This document shows, piece after piece, positions 24,401 to 37,686 of a stretch of 64,000 nt of DNA. Numbering within the stretch: position 1 is the stretch's first letter; every line of letters starts with the position of its first letter. Both the position numbers and the translations under genes were made by a program. The DNA comes from Neodothiora populina (lineage: Eukaryota). The notes beneath the pieces were generated by a model. That model had not been told where the DNA came from and did no database searches. It saw nothing but the letters and a program-made list of their open reading frames with translations. The stretch lies in NCBI RefSeq assembly GCF_041146345.1, contig NW_027191417.1:1116001-1180000 (forward strand), written 5' to 3'.

Positions 24401-25644
24401 CTGATGTCGGCATCTGCGCCACGCTCGTTCAAGAGACCCATGTTGCTGCAATGCAGCAGTTCTGCCATCAGCTCACAGGTCTTGAAACGGTCGAAACCGA
24501 GTGGCTCGATGCTCTCGCCGAAGGCCGCCTTGAGATCTGGCTTTTTGGATGAGGGACTGCGGACCAGTCGCATGAAGTCTGGAACATGGCGGGCAAATTC
24601 GCGCAATAGAGTTCCAAGGTAAATAGGATCGGAAGTCTTTGGCTCCTGGCCGACTTGGTTATCTATATCGTAGTCCGAGTTGTTCTTGCGAATCACTTCA
24701 ATAACGATGCCGACGCCGACCGTAAGGGGGTTTCCACCCTTGAGCATGTCTCGGATCAGGATTCCGATACAAGGCTCGGATACTAGCTGCCTGGTGAGTT
24801 CGTTGGGGCCGATGACGGTTTGGTCTTGAGTCGTCGCGTTGGCTGAGATGGTAATGATGGCTTTCAAAAAGTCGCCAGCAGCGGTCTGGGTGGCAAGTGT
24901 ATGCTCGGGGCCCAGATAAGCGAGTAGATGTGGGATCAAGTCTTGAGCCTGCAGCCAGTCGACGATGCCCTGTCCGCCTTCGCACTTCTCGAGAGTGACA
25001 ATCTTGAGAAGAAGATCCATGATCATTGGACACTCTACGTGTTGCAACATGTTCGGGATAATGTTGTGGAGAGACTTGAAAAAGACCATCATTTCCTCGG
25101 TCTTCTTGTCAAACAGGGCCTCGTTGACCTTCGTAAAGTAGCCGGCTTGGAGCGCGTCAAGTGGAGCGGGACGTTTCATGTAATCCCAGAACTCTCGGAG
25201 GTGATCTTGATCTTCAACAATGGCTTCAGTGATGGACCAGACCTCTGAAGAAAGGACCTCGCATGCGACATAGGCATACTTCTTGCGCTGAGCTTCGTTT
25301 CTGTCTTCTTCTTCGTCGTCCGTCAGGGATGACTTATTGACGGACTTGGACCGTGATCGTGACTTGTTCCTGCCGAAGAATCTGATGCCTGTGCTCTTCT
25401 CCTCTGAGTCATCAAGCGAATTGGAAGTCACGGAGCCCTCCAGAGGCTTGTCGGCGACAACATATCGCAGCAGGTTGTGCAGCACTGGTTCTTCTCTCAG
25501 GAACTCGACTAATTTGGAGTTCTGCTGCTTCAACTCCTGGATGAGATCGCTCTCGTCTAGCAGTTCTTCGAGGGTGACATCGGGCTTGTCGAGTATATTA
25601 TCAATGGAAGATATGTTGGCATAGCCGCCAAAACGCCAAAACAT
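21427..25644 (-). CDS. SIT4/PP6 phosphatase-associated protein (SAPS domain; Sap155/185/190, Ekc1 family) with two possible C-termini
   Basis: Exon 1 25644-23521 (MFWRFGGYANIS, LGFDRFKTCELMAELLHCSNM). Intron 23520-23443. Exon 2 from 23442 (DFFFRFPWNNFLHNVVYD, RLGYMGHLTLIAEEV) to a stop at 22684, or spliced at 22729 to an extra exon 22245-21427. Confidence 0.9.
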
Positions 25645-27431
25645 GATTGCGGATTCTATGTGATTCCAGACTCCTGATCAAGAAAGTGCCGTCTGTGGAT
25701 GCAATATGGGTGAGTTTTGTGGGCGAATGGAGAAGTTATTGTCATGCCAAAGATGGAAATATCGGGGATCAGTGAGACTGAAAGGGAAGGAGCGCAACGC
25801 TGATTCTGCTCAAATCCTAAGGGGTTGGTCAGTAAAGGCCAGCCAGGGGGATTGACACGATAGCGTCGCAGGTGCTGTGAGCGAGAGAGCAAAGTATGGC
25901 GATGCGCCAGGGGTGGCGATGGAACAAACGGGGCAGCAGCAGTGGTGGCGACGGCAGCAGCAGTGGCAACGGCAGTAACAGCAGTAGTATATAGCTTACA
26001 TTTCATTAATGGTCGTATGCGAGATGGATGGAACGTAAGGCCGAAGTTGATGTATATACGGTTGTAACGACAAAGCGGCTGATGTCCTACCAGTGGGACA
26101 AATGGTCCGTCTGCCCTTTTTGGCCGAATTAAGCCTTCGCAGCAGGAGTGATGAGGAGGATGACCGGAGGATGGAATTAGTGGACACAGGCAGGTCGGAT
26201 GGCCAAGATGACAAGCGCACAGCTGGTCGCAACGCGATGGCTGAGGTAAAGATCTAGAGTCGACGACTGCTGCTGTGACGCTTCAGTGTGGGGGAAATGT
26301 GTATATTGAGGCGACGCACTACCGAGCTATCAGGCAGCGAAAGGGCACGCAAAGTCAGGTATTTAATGAATTGGTGTCACGGACGAGATCAGCGGGTGTA
26401 TCAATCACGAATCACGAATGTCGAATACTGTTTTCACGAACAAATGGGTCTGTGCACATGTGCTCGACTGGACTGCTGTGCAGTGCTGCCTGCTGGCAGT
26501 GTTTGCTTGTCTTTATTGTGTATATCTACTGTGGCCGCGCAGTTGCAAGCACACGATGTGAGGCGAGAAAAGCAGGGCTTACAACTGACTTAGGTTTGGG
26601 CGGAGAGATGCCTGGCTACCTTACCATGATAGTCCAGTATCTTCCAGTATCTTACCTGTTTTACTGCAATATTTTACGGGGCAGGCACTCGAGTTCGGAA
26701 GAGTGGTTGCCTTCTCAGTTGTTGCCCTCTGTGATACAAGACAGTTGAGGTACCACACAGGCGGTCCCCATTTCTCGATACGGACGCTTCCGAGACATGA
26801 TTCGAGAGAATCATTCGTGCCCTAAGTACTTTTCAGGGGACCTTACATTTATTGCGCAGCCCGGAGCTGGACAATGTATCCCTCGAGCAATAGTAGACAA
26901 GACCCGAGTCAGGAGCAGGGCATGGACTCTCGAGAGAGCCCAGTAACACAGTGAGGTAAGGTACTTAATTCACTATATTACAGTATCTGCAATGCGGCGG
27001 GATCCACCCTTTGAGGTTGTCCTGGCCTCGGCTCGCTGATCTAGCCCTATCATTTTAATGATCGGTACTGTGAGGTAATCAAACAGGTACTCACAAACGA
27101 TAGATATAATATCCTCTTTACAGTGTGTTCTTTTATTGTATGTAGAAGCATCACTCGATTGTGCCGTCCCATACTGTACCTTGCAGCATATAAGCTTCTG
27201 CGATCTGACTGACCACGCGCGCACCGCACGTACCTTCTGTGCAAGGCAAGGCAGCCAGATACGCTATACCTTCCTTCTGAACGAGTACAATAAACACCAT
27301 AAGCCCGTTCTCGACCGGCACGGTCCTTCCTCCAAACACCGCCTTTGACACAGCAATTACAACATCATTACTGTTGCTTCACGAATATTGACCATACAGA
27401 AGATTCTACACATCAGCAGAAGCAAGTCACC

Positions 27432-28135
27432 ATGAATCGTCTCTTTGGCGGCAAGAGCAACGCCCCGAAGCCCAGCCTGAACGATGCCATTGGCAATGTG
27501 AGTTCTCAGTCATGCGCACAATGCTTGTGACTCCACTGCTGACCGTCTGTCAGGTACAAACACGTCTCGACAATATTGATGTTCAGATTGCGAAAATCAA
27601 TGGAGAACTAGGCACCTACCAGCAAAAGCTATCGCGCATGCGAGATGGGCCAGGCAAGAACGCCATCAGATCCCGTGCCAAAGCGTGTCTTGAGCGACGA
27701 CGCATGTATGAGAGTCAGAAAGATCAACTCATGAGCCAGTCGTGGAACATGGAACAGGCTGGCATGATGCAAGATAACTTGCGCAACACTATGACCACTG
27801 TCGATGCTATGAAGACGACTACAAAGGAGTTGAAGAAGCAGTATGGTAAGGTCAACATTGACCAGATAGACAAGCTGCAGGATGAGATGGCCGATCTGAT
27901 GGACATTGGCAATGAGATTCAGGAGAGCATCAGCAGGAGTTACGACATTCCTGATGATGTCGATGAGGCAGAACTCGACGCTGAGCTTGAAGCCTTGGGC
28001 GAAGAGGTAGATCTGGGCGAGGGACTTGGTGAGACTGGCGAATCTATGCCCGGCTTTCTTATGGATCAAAGTGCTCCACCTCAATTCATCGACGATCCGC
28101 CTGTGCAGAACAAGGTCAAGGAGGCTGCTGGCTAA
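27432..28135 (+). CDS. VPS60: ESCRT-III accessory subunit Vps60/CHMP5 (Snf7 family)
   Basis: Exons 27432-27497 and 27554-28135. Motifs MNRLFG, SWNMEQAGMMQDNL, LQDEMADL..EIQESISRSYDIPDDVDEAELDAELEAL. Confidence 0.93.
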
Positions 28136-29868
28136 GGGTCCATTGCCATCGACCGGCATATGCTTTTCTCACGATCTCATGACTATTTTGCTTTATACCC
28201 TGGCGACTGCGCTGCCCGGCAAACCGACCTGGTTACCTTTACTACTCACGCACGGTTCTCACTAATGCCGACTTTTGTATTGGACCATGCGACTTGCTTG
28301 CCACCTCTCGAATTCGTGTAGCGATCCTCATCACATGCCGTGCAGCACTGCAGATTTGCATCGTGGCCTCAAGGCCGTCTTGAAATACGTGATGTTGGTA
28401 AAGCCTGATGAAAAGCATGCTCATGTGGACAGCTGAAGGACAATGTCAACGTATGCTCTGAAGCTACTACACTAACCCTTGAAGCAACCATTTTCCGAAC
28501 GCCCGGAATTGGCTTCAAAACTTGAGGACATTCGAAGACCCCGAATGGTACTCTCTGGGTCGTTTGAGTGTACAACACTAGCACCTGGACTGGACTGGCC
28601 AAGTCACTGAACGAATGCCTCTTTCTGCTTTAATAGCGAGTCTCAGTTCTCCTGCCCTGAACAAGACTTGTAGCAAAACACCATTTCTACATCACGTTTT
28701 CTACGTCACGTTTTGTCTCACACGAATGTAGCCACATTATTCGCAGCCTTCCAGGGCAATGCTACAGTTATTGTGTAGTGTGGAGCTCAAGGAAGAAGCA
28801 AGAGTGAATCAATAGAATGCCACCTACCTCACTCGTCCCAGCATACACAGCACAGTACCCCCAGATTTCCTATACCCCTGGAATGTGAGAGAGCATAGTG
28901 AGAGTAGCAGTGCCAATCCAGCCCACATGTACGCCTCTGTAAGGATCATGACGACTTATAAGGACCAAGCCAGCGCCACGGCATGAACGGTCAGTCACAG
29001 CACGTTTTTCCATTCTATCTCGCCTCATTGTGCATTAAGCAGTGAGGCGAAACAAGGTCTCGGTTGCATTTTGGCTCACCGGCAACGATCTGAGTCGATC
29101 ATTGTTCTTGTTTCGCGAGCTTATCGAGAACCTTTTTTGTGCAATAGCAGAATCAGAACCTTGAGGTAATGGACAAGTACAAGTAATTGTAGCTGATCGC
29201 AATTCCCACCTAGAACGAAGGGGGAAAAGCCGTTGTGCCCCCCTCCCTTCTCCTTCAATAGTCGACCGTTGTGGACTTTTCTGGCCCTTGTTATTTTCCC
29301 AGAGATACGGGCGGCCACGGCGGGCAGGGCTTCACTGGGTCCTCGCTCGCCTTTTCTTCCAAACGTCCGTTACCTAGACAAGACAGCGCAGCAAAGCATG
29401 TGTAATAGGCAAAGGTAGTGTTTTTCCTTTTCCTTTTTCTTCCATCCTCGGGCTCTTTGAAGGCCTGGCCTAGGCGTGGTTCCCCACCGCAACCGGTCAA
29501 ATCCTTGTGTCACTGGGAAGGTCTCACTCATTTCTTTTCCCACGTTTCTCGAGAGGCCAGATCGTCATGATGGTAATCTCGGAGAAATTGCTGATGCCGT
29601 CATTCTGCGGCTTTCAGCTGGAATGAGGACAAAGTGTCGTAAGGTTCTTGACGCAAAGCAAGGGTTGGCTGGAAAGTCAGTGGAGATTTACGTGAAACCA
29701 CAGCAGGAGAGTTGTTGTCTTTCGTTGGTGATTTGTGATACTGCAGGCTTCTGTGGCGGACCTTTTTTTTTGCTTTCTGATATTTGATTTGATATTTCGG
29801 ACAGTGTCACTCTCTTTTAGGAGGATCTGTGTTCTAAACTAAACTAGGGTCTATCTAACCAAGCCAAT

Positions 29869-29913
29869 CTTCTTCTTCTTCTTCTTCTTCTTCTTCTTCT
29901 TCTTCTTCTTCTT
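29869..29913. repeat. (CTT)15 microsatellite
   Basis: Perfect trinucleotide run in the convergent VPS60/cyclin interval. Confidence 0.95.
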
Positions 29914-30277
29914 CTCCTCCCCATATCTGCTCTCCTTCTTCTAGAGGCTAGAGCCAGATCTTCCCTCTCCGTCAAGCCATTCTCAGAAGCGGCTCGCTAG
30001 TAGCCAGCTTTGGAATGCTTGTGTGAATAATGGTTATATAATGTGACAAAATAAACAAATCTGATCCCAGAAACGCCGTGGCTATGTGATAATAAGGTTA
30101 AAAATAAAATCCACCAATGTGACAATGGTGGGTGTTGTTGTTGTGAAGTGAAAAATTGAATGAATGATGGCAAGCCTCGTTCCTGCAAAGCGTGCCAAGG
30201 GTAGTGAATTCCGGCAATATTATCTAATCCACCTTCCTGGGTAGCGTGTTGTAAAGAGTTGCTGGTGGGTTGCCACT

Positions 30278-31318
30278 TTAGTGGGCAACACCGGTATTAA
30301 GGAAGCGGGCAAAGATGTTACTGGTCTTCAGCTTCTTGGCTGGCTGCTGTTCATACAGGTCGAGAGAGAGATCGTGGCCCTTGGTTTGCTGAATGCCGAC
30401 AATCGAGGGCACGTGGTGGTCATCGTAGCGCTGGACACGCACAGGGCAGTCCTCGTAAGTAGCATCAACCGACGATGCAATCGAGCTGGGGGATGTTCCG
30501 GCTGAGACACTGGACGCGACAGATCGACTGCGGCTGGTGGGCGGTGACAAAGATGGTGTGCGAGATGCGGCAGACATGTAGCTCTGAGGAGTATCGCAGA
30601 CGGCCCTGCGGAGGTCGACTCTCGATCTCTTGCGCATTTGCTCGGCGTACTCTTGTTGGCGTTGCTGGAGGAGACGCTCCTCGCGAAGCTGGGCGAGCTT
30701 GGCCTTCTCGGCTTGACGGGTCTGCCATAATCTGATGGGAGCAAGGAAAGGCTCGAGAGTACGGTAGAGGTCTTCCTCGCGGACGTTGAGATCCCAGCCC
30801 AGGAGACCGATCAGCTGCTTCTCCATGAGGTTCACTTCGACCAAGCTGAAGCCGAACCCTTCGTAACCCTTCACGGCAGTGTAGCGAGCCCAGTGTTTGT
30901 TCTTCGGCGATGAGTCGTTGAGGTTCTTGGCTGCGAGAATCAGGGCAGCGAGAAAGATACGGTGCGTAGTGCATTTCATGCCCTTTGCCTGATTGGGAAG
31001 ACGCTGTTGAAGACGCTCGAGGTAGACAAGGGAGGTCATGAGGGTGGGGACTTGTACAGACGACCTCTCGACCAATGATTGAATGAATCTCTCGACGGAA
31101 GGCAAGGGAGCCTCATTGGTTGACTTTGATGAGTGCTCTGTAGGAGTGGCCGGTGGAGTCATGAGCATTTGCTTCTCTGTTACTGGGGTTCCTTCGCATC
31201 GGATGACCTCTGATGCTCTCACTGCTAGGTATTGCACCATATCCTGTGAGACCGGCTGATAGATGAAATGATTAAGAGCCTCGGCGTTCTGCTCCGGCGT
31301 TGCCATTGAGTAAACCAT
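30278..31318 (-). CDS. Pho85 cyclin of the Pcl1/Pcl2 subfamily
   Basis: Intronless 346-aa ORF; cyclin box LPSVERFIQSLVERSSVQVPTLMTSLVYL, CTTHRIFLAALILAAKNLNDSSPKNKHWA, FSLVEVNLMEKQL. Confidence 0.92.
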   Translation of the reverse strand: MVYSMATPEQNAEALNHFIYQPVSQDMVQYLAVRASEVIRCEGTPVTEKQMLMTPPATPTEHSSKSTNEAPLPSVERFIQSLVERSSVQVPTLMTSLVYLERLQQRLPNQAKGMKCTTHRIFLAALILAAKNLNDSSPKNKHWARYTAVKGYEGFGFSLVEVNLMEKQLIGLLGWDLNVREEDLYRTLEPFLAPIRLWQTRQAEKAKLAQLREERLLQQRQQEYAEQMRKRSRVDLRRAVCDTPQSYMSAASRTPSLSPPTSRSRSVASSVSAGTSPSSIASSVDATYEDCPVRVQRYDDHHVPSIVGIQQTKGHDLSLDLYEQQPAKKLKTSNIFARFLNTGVAH

Positions 31319-33754
31319 AGTGGGTTGTATGTGATGTGGTATATCAGACTAGCTTTGTTGACAAGTAGATAAGTTGTGATGTGTAGATTGCAGAGCTCAA
31401 TAGATTAAAATGATTGGCCAGGCTCCAGTGGTATATCTTGCGAAGAGTGAGTTCGAGTAGACAAGGGACCGATCCAGAAGCAGATTGATTGAGATGCGTA
31501 TTGTAGAACTTGGGAAGGGGATATTTGTCTCTATATGAATGGGGAAGACGTAAACGATAGTTGTAGAGATATGCCGACCGGCGGACAAGGTAAAATGTAG
31601 CAGGCCCGTTTAATCAAACGGAACCAGTACTGTGACTGCTAGTGACCCGTGTCGTTGCTGGTTCGATGAAGGAGGGTGGCCACAAGAAGTTAGAGGCGTT
31701 GGGCAAACGTTCCTGACGAAGGGATGTGGAAGAGAATGTGGTGGTGGGCTGGTTGGCCGTTGAATGTATTGAGATAAATGAAATGAAAGTTATCGTGACC
31801 AGCAGCGAGGCAGGTGATACTTATCTCCCCCTGGCAGGATTTCAAAGGCAAGGCACAGCAACGTACGAAGGGAGGTTGACCCTGAAGGTCACCGTTTCTG
31901 GATCTCACGGCTGGTGTGAGAATGTTCACCGATAGGCTATAATGGCGCGAAAGGATAAGGTGCAAGACTTTCGAGCGCGTGGTCACACAGGCGCTGCAAG
32001 ACACTGCCCACTCTTTATTTCGAGACATTGCTTCTAGATCATCTTGCGTTTCATATCGCTGAACTGCATCATGTCGCTATACATGATCGCCCTTTAGAGC
32101 GTCAAAGGCATGATGATGGTGATCCAATAGTATGGGCTTGTCGCGTAGGAGACGAGGGCGGCGGCTGCACCACGATCGGCGACAACCGCAACAGCTTGCT
32201 ACGCTCCATTGCCTTTCCACTTCAAGGCCAGACTTCACACGACTCTCACAGCCAGGAGTATACGTTGAAACTGTCAAAGGTAAAATCAGTCGTCCGCTCG
32301 CTGCTTTCAGTCGAAACTTGGAAACGTCGCCCCCTACGAAAGGGATAGCGCACTGCTTTACAGCTGGCTGCTAAACGTTATGCAACGGTCAGGCCCCCAG
32401 AAGAGGCGAAGTACTCGTACTGCTCATTAAAGAGACGTTTTGCACGCTCAAAAGCGGGCGGTCTTTCGTCTCTTTCTTGCATAAGTATAGTGTAAGGATA
32501 GTGTAAATATTCAGCTGCTCGCAATGACAGCCCAACTGATGCATTTTGGCCATTAAAAATCCGATAAATGTAGTATAGTATCATGAGCTGCTCTGGCTCG
32601 TACAGTAGACTGTACCATGAGCGGTTTTGGTCCGGAGACACAGCGTCGCCAAGGACTCGAGCTAGATGCCTGAGTTTTGGGCTCCTGTGGAGGCGCCTAC
32701 ATTCCGGACCGCGTACCACTGGTTAACCAGAATGCTGGTAGAGTCAGGGATACAAGTCATGCATGTCAATCGTACCCCGCGCTTATAGGAGAACATATGC
32801 TTTTCGATGAACATCAACTACAACCTAGTCCAACCTACCAGCTGTGCGAGCATAATCGTAAATGCTAGCATGTCCCTCCATGCCTTATCCATCTAATACG
32901 TTAGCCCATTTTGCAACTGCTAGACTTAAGGCACTAAACTAGCTGTGTGCCTCAGGTAAGGTAGTCCTGTGAACGTTATGAGTTGGACAGTGGCTACACC
33001 GGCATATGATCATGTGTGAGAAACAACAGATACAGATCTATAATCCTGGTCTTCATCTGTACCAGTTTCGACAGCCGCCAGTTTCTTTTCATTGAAACCA
33101 GGCGCCTATGGAATCAATGGCTAGACGTAGCATAAAGCGCTCTGTAGATATCGGGCCACGATTTGGGAGGGTACAAAGTCAGCATGTACGTTGCATTGAG
33201 AATTCAAATACCATTTCGATAACACATATTAGCTGTACAAGTATATCTCTACCCACGGCGGACAATTATTCGCTTGGCAATTATTCCAGATTCACTAGCA
33301 TTGCGCCGCAACCCAAGTACTTACAACCCTTCTGCTGCTTTAGTCTATACAGCAATATTCATTCTGTCGATATACGGACATAGTTCAAATCCCAATAACC
33401 GTCAGATATCCATCAGCACGTTGAGACCATGAGGTGGCGTAAATGCTGCGTGGGTGGCTATAAGGACGCGAGACATTCTCACCGGCCTGTTCCCCGGGAT
33501 CGAGACCTTGGCTGGATGGATGGCAGACCCCTTTTTGCCTCGGTCCGTTTTTCTCCGAAGCGTGAGGGACAATGAATCAGAGTCTCCTCAATTTGACCAC
33601 TTGGGTGTTTGGCGATCGTAAATCTGCTGCGCCTGCACTCGTGATATCATCGTAAGGTAGTCACCCTGTCACCTCTTGCTTTCCATCTTTTTATTTGAGT
33701 GCTACATTTTATGTTTCAAAAGCGATTGATATTGGGAATTGGGACTGCATAATC

Positions 33755-35610
33755 ATGAACAAGCCATCGAGGACAGATGAACTCGTGGATCATCCCGAGT
33801 ACAACCAATCACCCCGCCACTTCTCTAATGATCTTGTTACTAGAGAGGATCTCATAGGAAATGTCAATTCTAGAAGGCATAGAGCTCGTCGACTTGACCA
33901 CGAGGAAATGGATGGTATACAAGAATCACCGCCGTACGAACTCGTTACTGTCCATGGCAAGGAAAAAGACGAGCACTCGCTCCCACGAAACGGAGCTGCT
34001 AGCACTGGAGGGGTTTCTGCAGCAGGTAGTCACGAAATACTCAGTATTACATCTTCAGATTCTCCAATCAATAGGCGCGGTTCGTGGGTAACGCGTGCGT
34101 ACCAACGCACCATCGAAGTGTTGGCCAAATTCCTCAGTTTCGTGGGACCCGGTATGATGGTATCAGTTGCATATATCGATCCGGTAAGATGGCCTCAAGC
34201 AGTAGTTCAGATTGCACAGAGATTTCGCATACTGACAAATGCAAAGGGAAATTATGCGACAGATGTCGCTGCGGGTGCGACCTATCGTTTTAAATTGCTA
34301 GTCATGGTAATGGTGTCCAATATCTTCGCCATCTTCCTGCAATCCTTGTGCATCAAGATGGGGTCAGTAACTGGGTTGAACCTCGCAGAAATGATCAAGG
34401 CCAACTGTCCAAGATGGCTCAACATCACTCTCTACATTCTTGGAGAAGCTGCGATAATAGCGACTGATATAGCCGAAGTCATTGGCACTGCCATTGCCCT
34501 CAACTTACTGTTTCACATCCCGCTTGTGGCCGGTTGCGCTATATCCATTGCGGATGTTCTTTTCATCCTTCTCTTCTACCACCCTAACGGGTCAATGCGC
34601 GGTCTGCGTGCCTTCGAGTTCTTCGTGGCTCTTCTAGTCTTGGGCGTTGTCGTATGCTTCTGCTTCCAACTATCTCTGATTCAGAATACAAGCGTAGGCG
34701 AAGTTTTTCGTGGTTACTTGCCTTCAAGGGCCATCATTGAGTCACAAGGGTGAGTACTCTGTCCTGGTTTACGATTCGAGTTGAAGTCACGCATGCTGAT
34801 TGATCCAGTCTCTATCAATCATGTGGCATTCTAGGTGCAACTGTTATGCCCCACTCGCTCTACCTAGGTTCTGGAATCGTACAATCCCGGCTCAAGGACT
34901 TCGACGAAAAGAACAACACCGGACACGCCCCTCCATCTCAAGGCGACGACGACATTGAGCAAAAGTACCAGCCGTCAATCGTTGCTGTACGATCTTGCAT
35001 GAAGTATTCCATAATTGAGCTTGCTATTTCGCTATTTATATTCGCGCTATTCGTTAACAGTGCGATCCTAATCGTTGCCGGTGCTTCACTCTCTGGCACT
35101 TCCGCTGCGGATGCTGATCTCTTCGGCATTCATGATCTCCTGTCGAGGGAACTGGCATCCGTTGCTGGAACAATCTTCGCCCTGGCTCTGCTTCTGTCTG
35201 GCATCTCCGCGGGCATCGTTTGTACGATTGCCGGACAAATGATCAGCGAAGGTCAGCTTTCGTGGTCTGTCAAGCCATGGGTTCGGAGACTAATGACTCG
35301 GTCTATTTCTATCACGCCCTCCATCATCATCGCTGGCGCTGTTGGGAGGGATGGGCTTTCGACCGCACTGGAAGCGTCTCAGGTTGCGCTGAGTGTGATC
35401 CTGCCCTTCGTCAGCGCACCACTACTCTACTTCACTTGTCGTAATAAATTCATGACCATGACCTCTAGGACCGAGGATGATTCGGGCGACAGCCAGACCG
35501 TCAAGATGAAGAACAATTGGTTCACTACCGCCTGCGCTATTGTTATCTGGGGCCTTATTGTTATTATGAACGTTGCACTGCTGGTTCTGCTTGGACTCGG
35601 CGTCAATTAA
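33755..35610 (+). CDS. NRAMP divalent metal (Mn/Fe) transporter, Smf1/Smf2 type
   Basis: Exons 33755-34183, 34247-34749, 34809-35610. Splicing restores AYIDPGNY (TM1) and ILGATVMPHSLYLGS (TM6); also CTIAGQMISEG and multiple TM segments. Confidence 0.93.
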
Positions 35611-36242
35611 AAATAATGGGGGGTGAGGGAGTGCGGAAGAGGAGGCGGAGTTACATCCATAGGAGCGAGAGTTGTGGGGGACGAAAAGAATAAATGGGGC
35701 GTTAATGGTGAAGTGTTCCGTTTCGCGTTTTCTTACTGTACCTTGCTTTAAATCTTGTACATCTGACCTCCGCCTAATGTCACTCTACAAAGCGTGCTTT
35801 ATTTGCTGCCCAGCATCCCCATGTAATTTGCCGACATCTCGCAAACCCCCAACTGAAAATGGACAAAGCTCCATGTCTTCCAAGCTCCCTCTCTACGGGC
35901 TATCTGAACGAGTGTTCCCCTAGCGTGGCTTGTTTTAAATTGATCTCAGCGCGGTGTGTGGATCAGATATCAGCCTTACATATATAAGAGATGATCACAC
36001 CCAACGAAGGGAAGTTCGGCGAGTGCGAGTGCGAGACCACAGCTCATAACGTAAATTGGATCGCTCTCCCTGTTACTTTTTCCTTTGTACGATCGTTTTG
36101 TTGTCGCTGTTTGTTTTCTGAGGTTTTTGTTTCTGTACTTTGAAAAAATAAACGTGACAACTATTTGTTTACTTGCACTGGGAAATTTCCACGAATTGCT
36201 ACTACGTGAAAGAAATTGAATTATTTAAAAGCCTTCTCCATC

Positions 36243-37686
36243 ATGTCTACTACACGCTCGACTAATCATAACGACAATGTGGAGGAGAATGGTCGGACGT
36301 ACCATTCTTTCAAGCACGGCAGTCAGTATTGTCTTGTCTTTCCCTTGAATGTGTCAAGAATGAACAACGAGGTAGAACCGTCGCTGATGAGGTTCCGTGA
36401 CAGAATATATCTTGCCCAATGACGAGGTGCGTGAATGCATCTGGCATGCCGATGGAACAAAACGCTTTCTGTGAATTGTCGTTGGTTGACCTGTCAGCTC
36501 ACAGACGGAGCAAGATCGCCTCGGTACGTCTATGAAGTAACCTCCTCCTGCATTGTTGTATGGATGATGGCACATGAACCGAGTGAGACGGAAGATCGCT
36601 ACATCTTTGGACAAAGTGCTTCCCATCTCGTAAACCTCACGACTTGGCTGATGCGACTATCCTCTGACAGATATGCAACACTCAATTATTGTTCAACTGA
36701 TCGGTGACAAGCTTCATCTTGCACCGCTGGATGAGAACAAACTGCACAATGTTCTCGACTTAGCCACAGGTAGATGCCTTCCTGCTTCTTCTCACGGTCG
36801 AGAACATCCACTGACAGTATTGCTAGGGACTGGGATCTGGGCGATAGAGTTCGGTAAGATCCATTGCAACGACCGACACATCCAGAATATGTGATTGACA
36901 CTCCTTCGCAGCCAAGAAGTACCCTTTCGCACACATCACAGGCACCGATTTAAGTCCTGTGAGTCACCAAGGGTAAGGCTCTGGTTTCCTCCTTCTTCAT
37001 GCCCTGCCCCATCTTTCCACGAACTGGCAGCACCTATGCGAGCAGCGCACATTAGACGGACATAGGATTCTGATCGTGGACCCATACACAGAGCTCCCAA
37101 GAACTGTAAATTCATCATGGAGGACGCCGAGGACGACTGGTCATTCACGGAGCCTTTCTCCTACATCCACGTCCGAGTAGTGTTCTCCTGCTTCGAAGAC
37201 CCTCTATCCATTTTCCGCAAGGCATACGATGCGCTCGAACCAGGTGGTATCCTCGAGCTTCAGGACTGGGAAATGCCAATGGGGTTCGCCAATGAGCCGC
37301 AGCCGGACAGCAGCACGAGTGCGTTCGTGCGCTGGGGCGGAGTGACGATCGAGGCAGCCATCAAGCGCGGGCGGCCTCTGAACAACGTACAGCACTATGC
37401 GCGCTGGCTGCGTGAGATAGGGTTCGAGGACGTCGAGGAGAAAAAATTCGTGCTGCCGATTGGTCCTTGGAACAACGAGGACCCACTTCAGGAGAAGTTG
37501 GGCACGTGGCAGTTGCTCAACATGATCAATGCAATGGAAGGCTTCACGCTCAGAAACCTGAGTGCTATCGGCTGGACCCCGGAACAGTGTCAAGCCCTTG
37601 TTAACGAGTGCAAAGATGAGATGGAGTCTCGCAAGCTGAAGCCTTGGAACTATATCGTTGTGGTTTGGGGTCGCAAACCACTGTGA
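36243..37686 (+). CDS. LaeA-like class I SAM-dependent methyltransferase, 7 exons including micro-exons
   Basis: Exons 36243-36321, 36404-36426, 36505-36523, 36671-36769, 36827-36853, 36912-36972, 37092-37686. They join to [84 protein letters not shown]. Confidence 0.85.

Noticed and set aside
28471..28480. CTAACCCT as a possible telomerase RNA template
   Set aside because: Incomplete match to TAACCCTAA, with no pseudoknot or CR4/5 context recognised.
28685..28714. Short tandem duplications (ttctacRtcacgtt x2 here; gaacttcgatatg x2 at 42092-42117)
   Set aside because: Ordinary local slippage; too short to assign a function.
36243..37686. LaeA-like methyltransferase as a marker of a secondary-metabolite cluster
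   Set aside because: No PKS, NRPS, terpene synthase or tailoring genes nearby; the flanks are housekeeping genes.
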